From: Fonticula alba ATCC 38817
Taxonomy: Eukaryota > Protista > Nucleariida
Strand: one strand, 5' to 3'
Length of the DNA stretch: 55,294 nt
NCBI GenBank assembly: GCA_000388065.2
Contig: KB932203.1
In this document: positions 49,109-55,294 of the stretch, piece by piece
How the letters are laid out: every line of letters begins with the position of its first letter
How positions within the stretch are numbered: the first letter of the stretch is position 1
Translations under genes and position numbers: made by a program
The notes under the pieces: generated by a model
What the model was told of the DNA's origin: nothing
The model's database searches: none
Seen by the model: only the letters and a program-made list of their open reading frames with translations

Positions 49109-51287
49109 CATTCCCTGTTCCGGGGGCCCCGACTTACGAGGGCTCCTTGCCTGCGCCCGGCGAACATGCATTCCTTGGTTGGGCTTGTCGCGCCGCGCCT
49201 TGCCCCTCTCCCTGGCGGGAGTGCCTGGCTGTGCGTTCGTTCCGGATGGAGATGTGTCGGAGCCCATCCCTCGCCTCGGGTTCGTTTGCTCCATGCTCTC
49301 CGGCCGAGCGGGCGCAAAAGTCCCCCCGACGGACAGATGATCTTTTCCCCGCAAAAGAGCTCCCATTATAATATATCATATATCCCACAGACGGGGAAAG
49401 CCCCAGGTGGCGCGGACCATCTCACCACCCTGTGTTGGGCGTCAGATTTGAGGTATGCTGGGGACTTTGGTCCCGCTTGCCCTCGCCCCCCCCCCCCCCC
49501 CCCCTGGGCCTGGCTGCTGCCCTGGGGAGGTGTGCGCGTGTCTCCCGTGCCCTGCACGCGACGACCCTCCGCCCGCGGGCCGAGCCCAGGCTCCGACCGG
49601 GAGCCCAGGCTACCCGGGTCTGGACGTCATTTCCGGGGCTGGCACGCGGGGGCCGCACGCGGGCGCGCACGGGGCCTGGGGGTTGACCTCCGGAATTACG
49701 CTTACGCCCGGGTCGGTTGGGCGGGCCGCCCTTCCCTTCACGGCTCTCCCCCGGGGGGGGGGGGGGGGGCGCCACGCCACCCGGCTCCCCCCCCCCCCGG
49801 GCGGCTGTCGGCCGGTGAAACTGAGGCGACCGGTGTCCGTACCCAAGCGCTGTGGGGGGCTTCCGGACAGCCGGGTCCCTGGTGCCCGGCGGTGCCGTCC
49901 GCTCGGGGCGGCTCCACTCCTGTCGGGCGGGCTGAATTTCCTTATGTGCGGCCGCTGGCCCGGGCGGCTGCGGGCGCGCGAAGTGGGGCGTGCGCGCACC
50001 ACAGCGGGGCCTGGTCACGCCCTGGGCGAATCATTCGCCCGGTTGCCGGCCCCGCAGCCTTGTTCCAGTGCACACGGGCGGGGGGCACGCGCCGGCTTCA
50101 GGCGGCGAGACAAGCGGGGCGGGGCCGGCTGACTTGGGCGCGCACTTTTGCCCCGAGCCGGTCCAATCTCCCGCCCTTTGTCCAGGGCCGCGGGGGGGGN
50201 NNNNNNNNNNNNNNNNNNNNNNNNNNNNNNNNNNNNNNNNNNNNNNNNNNNNNNNNNNNNNNNNNNNNNNNNNNNNNNNNNNNNNNNNNNNNNNNNNNNN
50301 NNNNNNNNNNNNNNNNNNNNNNNNNNNNNNNNNNNNNNNNNNNNNNNNNNNNNNNNNNNNNNNNNNNNNNNNNNNNNNNNNNNNNNNNNNNNNNNNNNNN
50401 NNNNNNNNNNNNNNNNNNNNNNNNNNNNNNNNNNNNNNNNNNNNNNNNNNNNNNNNNNNNNNNNNNNNNNNNNNNNNNNNNNNNNNNNNNNNNNNNNNNN
50501 NNNNNNNNNNNNNNNNNNNNNNNNNNNNNNNNNNNNNNNNNNNNNNNNNNNNNNNNNNNNNNNNNNNNNNNNNNNNNNNNNNNNNNNNNNNNNNNNNNNN
50601 NNNNNNNNNNNNNNNNNNNNNNNNNNNNNNNNNNNNNNNNNNNNNNNNNNNNNNNNNNNNNNNNNNNNNNNNNNNNNNNNNNNNNNNNNNNNNNNNNNNN
50701 NNNNNNNNNNNNNNNNNNNNNNNNNNNNNNNNNNNNNNNNNNNNNNNNNNNNNNNNNNNNNNNNNNNNNNNNNNNNNNNNNNNNNNNNNNNNNNNNNNNN
50801 NNNNNNNNNNNNNNNNNNNNNNNNNNNNNNNNNNNNNNNNNNNNNNNNNNNNNNNNNNNNNNNNNNNNNNNNNNNNNNNNNNNNNNNNNNNNNNNNNNNN
50901 NNNNNNNNNNNNNNNNNNNNNNNNNNNNNNNNNNNNNNNNNNNNNNNNNNNNNNNNNNNNNNNNNNNNNNNNNNNNNNNNNNNNNNNNNNNNNNNNNNNN
51001 NNNNNNNNNNNNNNNNNNNNNNNNNNNNNNNNNNNNNNNNNNNNNNNNNNNNNNNNNNNNNNNNNNNNNNNNNNNNNNNNNNNNNNNNNNNNNNNNNNNN
51101 NNNNNNNNNNNNCCCCCCCTCCCTCCCTCCCTCTTTCTAGATTCTCTTGGTCCCGGGGCCCCCCTGTCTGATGTTCTCCCCTCCCCCTCATCCCGCCCGA
51201 CCTTGCAGCCACCACGCCGCTCAGCCCGGTGCTGTCCAGACCGCCCCGACGTCTTTGCCGTCCCCCACCCCGGCCGCCGGCTCGGCC

Positions 51288-51613
51288 ATGCCGCCGCAGT
51301 CTCCCCTCGGTGCTGAGGCCGCTCCTCCTGCCACCACTGCCGCGACTGCCCCCCCGGCCGCCCCGTCGGTCACCGGTGCGCACACACTCTCCACACCTTC
51401 TTTGCCCGTCTCTACCTATTCCCCCCCTCCCCCCCCCGTCGCCGCCGCCGCCGCCGCCGCCGCCCCTGACCGACTCTCCCCTCCTCTGTTCACGCTGGTG
51501 GCCCTCGCCACATAGCCCCCTCTCCGACCGGTGCCGCGCCCGCTCCTGTCCCGGTTGCCATGAGTCCCTCGGCTGCCATGACTCCCTCGGCTGACACGAT
51601 GTCCGCGGCCACG

Positions 51614-51650
<37 letters not shown>

Positions 51651-52777
51651 TCAACATGTCCCTCCCCCAGGCCCCCGGTACCCCGGTGGCCGGTGGTGCT
51701 CATATGGCGCCGCAGATGGCCGGCCTGATCCCGCCGCAGACTCCGGCCGGGCTGGTTCCCGGTCAGGCCGGGCTCATGCACCCGGGTGTCGGTCTGACCA
51801 CCCCGATGTCCGGTGCCGCGTCGGTGCCGCCCGGCTCCACCCCCGGTGCCCTCATGCAGCAGACCCCCGGGAGCATGATGCAGCAGACCCCCAGCAGTGG
51901 GCTCATTCCCCAGGGCACCCCCGGGTCCATGGTGGCCAACCGCACCCCGGCCGAGGCGGAGTCCTACAACCGTGAGCTGTACCTCCGTCGCCGGCGTGAC
52001 AACCATCGCGATGTGGAGCGCCGCCGGCGCGAGGCCATCAACCACGGCATCAACGAGCTGGGCAAGCTCCTGCCCGGCAACACTCCGGTCCCCGGTCCGG
52101 ATGGCGTGATCATCATGGAGAAGAACAACAAGGGTGCCATCCTCCACAAGGCCGTGGAGTATGTGCGCTATCTGCAGCGCACCACCATCCAGAATGTCGA
52201 GCGCATTCGCACGCTGGAGGCCCGGACGCGCGAGGCCGAGCACCGCGCCGCCGTCTTCGACGACCGGGTCCGCAGCATCCAGGAGGAGGCCAACAGCCAT
52301 GTGCGCTCGGCTGATGAGCGCTCGCGCGCGGCCCAGCAGCGCTCCGATCTGTCGGATGAGGCGGCTGCCGCGCGTGTTCGCGCGGCCGAGGAGCGCATCC
52401 GCAACGCCGAGGAGCGTGTCCGCCTGGCCGAGATGAACACCTCCGAGCGCATCCGCAACATCGAGAAGGAGGCCAATGCGCGGGTTCGCGCGGCCGAGGA
52501 TCGTGCTCGTGTGGCCGAGGAGCAGTCCGAGACCCTGGCTTCGCGCATGACCGATGCCGAGGCCCGCCTGGGCCTGGGTGATGCCCTGCGCTCCGAGAAT
52601 GAGGCCCTGCGCGAGCAGAACGCCCTGCTCCAGGAGCAGCTCCGTGCCACTCAGCGTGCGGCTGGCCTCTCGGTTGACGATGGTCTCAGCTCCTCGTCCT
52701 TGCTTTCGCCGGTTGTCTCGATCAAGGGGGGGCTTGACAGCTCGCCCTCCCTGGCCGGCACCCCGCGCTCTCCTTGA
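51288..52777 (+). CDS. Cbf1/USF/MiT-like bHLH transcription factor with a long C-terminal coiled coil, 2 exons
   Basis: Exon 51288-51375 joins exon 51516-52777 through a phase-1 GTGCGC...CATAG intron. The bHLH reads RRDNHRDVERRRREAINHGINELGKLLP..NNKGAILHKAVEYVRYLQ...QNVER, which is closest to fungal Cbf1 as recalled. It retains the His/Glu/Arg triad that specifies CACGTG binding. Confidence 0.9.
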
Positions 52778-53791
52778 GCGAGGCGACTCGATAGGTGGCC
52801 GTAGGTTGCGGTGTGTTTGTGTTTGTGTTTGTGCGTGTGTGTGTGTTTTTGTGCGTCTCCATGTGTAGCGGCCCTCCCCAAGAGAGCAGCTAGGCATGTG
52901 TGTGGGGCCAGGAGAGCGAGTGGCCGAGTGAGTCAGCATTGACCACAAGGAAAAGCATCTGCCGCGGGGAGGAAGGCAGGCAGCATGCGTATGCGTGCCG
53001 ATTCACACGGAGAAAAGACACAGCAGCCGGGGGTAGATCGGATCCCGTCATCCATGCGTGTGCGTGCGTGCGTGCATATGTACATGTACTCGCGTGCATG
53101 TGTTCGCGTGCGCGCCCCTGCGTTGGCTTTTATCCCTTCCCTCTTCGGCCTCTTCCTCTTCTTCTCTGGCACATGTCTCGCCTTTCTCCTCCCGGCATCT
53201 TTCTTTCTCCCTCTCTCTCTCTCTCTCTCTCTCTTCTTGGTCCCTCTTTCCCTCTGGGCGCACATGCCCCTCCCCTCTCCACTCCCTATACCCTCTGCCT
53301 CCTTCTCCTCCCTTCCACCACAGCTGTATCATATCTTTTCTCTCCTTCCCCCCTCCCCCTTGGCCTTGTCTCTCTTCCTTTTTCCCTCTTCCCCTCCCCT
53401 CCCTTGCGTGTGGACATGTTTGTGCGTCTTTTCCCGAGCTTGTCCCAACACCAATACAAAATGTGCAAAATGAGCTGCCCTTGTTCCTTCCCTCCTCTCC
53501 CGCGCGGGTGTATGTGCCTTGGCGTTGAGGTCAGGCCTCGCGGTTGTTTGAGCGGTTTCGGGCGGTGACCCTTTTTTCGGCGACGGGCGCACGCATGCGC
53601 CTGGGTCTTTCTGTTCTTTTTTCCCCTTGTCTTTGGTTTCTGCCCTGGGAGTGTTTTTTGTTTTCCCCCATTGCCCCCCCTCTTGTCGTTTGCTGGAGGA
53701 CTTGCCTTTGCCTGCCCTTCCGCCTGATTGTCTGGCCTGCCTCCAAGCAAGGGGACATGTTGTCCTTCCGGACTCCGGCCCTTATGTGGAA

Positions 53792-53864
53792 GCTCCTGTG
53801 GCTCAGTAGGTAGAGCGTGGGACTGTTAATCCCAAGGTCCGCGGTTCGATCCCGTGCGGGAGCG
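53792..53864 (+). tRNA. tRNA-Asn (GTT)
   Basis: 73-nt cloverleaf: acceptor stem GCTCCTG/CGGGAGC plus discriminator G, D arm GCTC-AGTAGGTA-GAGC, anticodon arm TGGGA-CT-GTT-AA-TCCCA, T arm CGCGG-TTCGATC-CCGTG. There is no intron and no encoded CCA. Confidence 0.97.
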
Positions 53865-53880
53865 CACCACATAACCCTCC

Positions 53881-53884
53881 TTTT
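53881..53884 (+). terminator. Putative Pol III terminator (T4) of tRNA-Asn
   Basis: This is the first run of four T, 17 nt downstream of the tRNA 3' end. Confidence 0.5.
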
Positions 53885-54446
53885 GCCACCTTAGTTGTCG
53901 CTTCTTTTGTGCGCGCCTGCCCCTTGCCTGAGGGGGGGGNNNNNNNNNNGGGGGGGGGGGGGGGGGGTTTGGGGCCGGGCCGTCTGTCGGCCACATGTTG
54001 CCCGTGTGTCCAGTGTGTGCGGGCTGGGTGGTCCCCGTGCACGGGCGCGCCGGGCGCCCCCACTGCCGCGGGCGCCCCCACGCCTGTCTCCACGCAAGCA
54101 GCCCCCAGGGCGCCTGGGGAAGGTGCGCGCGCTCGCCCAGGGAAAGTGTGATCAGCCCTCGGCGCCTTGTGATGTGGGGGGCCTGGTGTGCGCCGTGCAC
54201 GCGCATCCGGCGCCCCCCTCCAGCCTTGGCGGGGCCGAGGGGGGTGAACGTGCGAGCGGGCCCAGCCTGCGGGCCCGGGCAGGCGGGTGTGCACGGGGGC
54301 GCCGCCGGCAGAATGATCAGCCCGATCAATGGCGCGCGCGCGGGCGCGCGCACGCGCCGTCTCCATTTGCGCGCGCGATCTGCGGTCGAGCTGCTTTTCT
54401 CAAGCGTCTAGGGGCACGGGCTTCGGGGGACGGCGCGCGATCGGCG

Positions 54447-54466
54447 GACGTGTGCTCTTCCGATCT
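54447..54466. other. Illumina adapter remnant GACGTGTGCTCTTCCGATCT
   Basis: It matches the TruSeq adapter end as recalled and separates two copies of a ~188-bp genomic segment (54260-54447 and 54467-54654). Confidence 0.95.
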
Positions 54467-54803
54467 GCCCAGCCTGCGGGCCCGGGCAGGCGGGTGTGCA
54501 CGGGGGCGCCGCCGGCAGAATGATCAGCCCGATCAATGGCGCGCGCGCGGGCGCGCGCACGCGCCGTCTCCATTTGCGCGCGCGATCTGCGGTCGAGCTG
54601 CTTTTCTCAAGCGTCTAGGGGCACGGGCTTCGGGGGACGGCGCGCGATCGGCGGTGGGCGCCAGCGCGGGGCGGTCCTCGCCCCCCGCCCCCCTTTTCCC
54701 GGAGGGCGGGCTTTACGGGCAGAAGTGCGCGCCCATCTTTGGCGGCCCTCCCTCTCTCGCCCTCCCGGGCCGAGCCGGCGACGCGCGGGTCGGTCCGACG
54801 GCC

Positions 54804-54822
54804 AGATCGGAAGAGCACACGT
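54804..54822. other. Illumina adapter remnant AGATCGGAAGAGCACACGT
   Basis: It matches the TruSeq read-through adapter as recalled and separates two copies of a ~109-bp segment (54695-54803 and 54822-54930). Confidence 0.95.
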
Positions 54823-55294
54823 TTCCCGGAGGGCGGGCTTTACGGGCAGAAGTGCGCGCCCATCTTTGGCGGCCCTCCCTCTCTCGCCCTCCCGGGCCGA
54901 GCCGGCGACGCGCGGGTCGGTCCGACGGCCGGGCTTTTTGGATGGGCCTTTTTTCTTTTGCGCGCGCACATTCCCCCCGCAGCCCGCTTATTCCCGCCCC
55001 ATCGCCAGGCGCGCCGGGCCGGGAGATCGGCCCCCCACCGCGCGTAGGGGACCCCTCCTGTCTCCCGCCACTCCGGGCCCCGGGGAACGGGGGGGGTGTC
55101 CTGTGTTTACTCTGCCCGCCCCGGAGCCTGAGCCCCCCGGTTGCGGGAGCGTCATCCCTGCGGCGGACCCTTTCCCCCTCTTTCTCCTGCCGCTGGGTGT
55201 GTGTGTGGGTGTGGGCGTGCGTGTGCGCCCGCGCGCGAGTGGGTAATGTTGCGTGCTGTTCCCTTGTCTTCGACTTGCCCTGCCCCCCCCCCCC

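Noticed and set aside
49166-51383. Long ORFs crossing the 50200-51112 gap
   Set aside because: Their length comes from N characters read as X.
51416-52948. 510-aa antisense ORF over the bHLH gene, and similar long antisense or off-frame ORFs such as 13655..15412, 22098..23288, 36896..37963, 38971..40089 and 43973..44986
   Set aside because: These are expected in GC-rich coding DNA, where stop codons are rare. They have no recognisable domains and mirror the real gene.
1-55294. Transposons, rRNA, snRNA genes and CRISPR arrays
   Set aside because: I saw no transposase, RT or integrase motifs, LTRs or TIRs, no rRNA or snRNA signature sequences, and no repeat-spacer arrays by eye.

Overview
GC-rich, intron-rich eukaryotic draft-assembly window. 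Gene content and style suggest a unicellular opisthokont or early holomycotan protist (Fonticula-like); this organism guess is inference only. I rebuilt spliced gene models by hand from splice sites, reading phase and recalled family motifs. In order: (1) a PKA regulatory subunit, 5800-8638 (+); (2) a membrane-anchored or secreted protein with a root-cap/ITIH-C/VWD-like domain, 9575-11866 (-); (3) an orphan gene, 12680-15331 (-); (4) a very large Mediator kinase-module subunit MED12, about 19 exons and roughly 4,000 aa, 16070-31911 (-); (5) exocyst subunit Exo84/EXOC8 with an N-terminal array of six NPF motifs, 33130-41476 (-); (6) a Cat2-type carnitine acetyltransferase, 42298-45482 (+); (7) GPI mannosyltransferase III PIGB/GPI10, 45919-49108 (+); (8) a Cbf1-like bHLH factor with a long coiled coil, 51288-52777 (+); (9) tRNA-Asn(GTT), 53792-53864 (+). 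The standout observation is that PIGB intron 1 (46188-46699) is best explained as an AT-AC minor-spliceosome (U12-type) intron. It has an ATATCCTT donor, a CCTTGAC branch-like motif and an AC acceptor, and splicing it gives an indel-free junction in the conserved motif. The ordinary introns almost all have C or T, not A, at donor position +4. The assembly also carries artefacts: Illumina adapter remnants, unmerged contig overlaps and gaps at poly-C/G runs. Most long ORFs in the supplied track are antisense or off-frame by-products of high GC content. No database searches were run; all homologies are recognised from memory.
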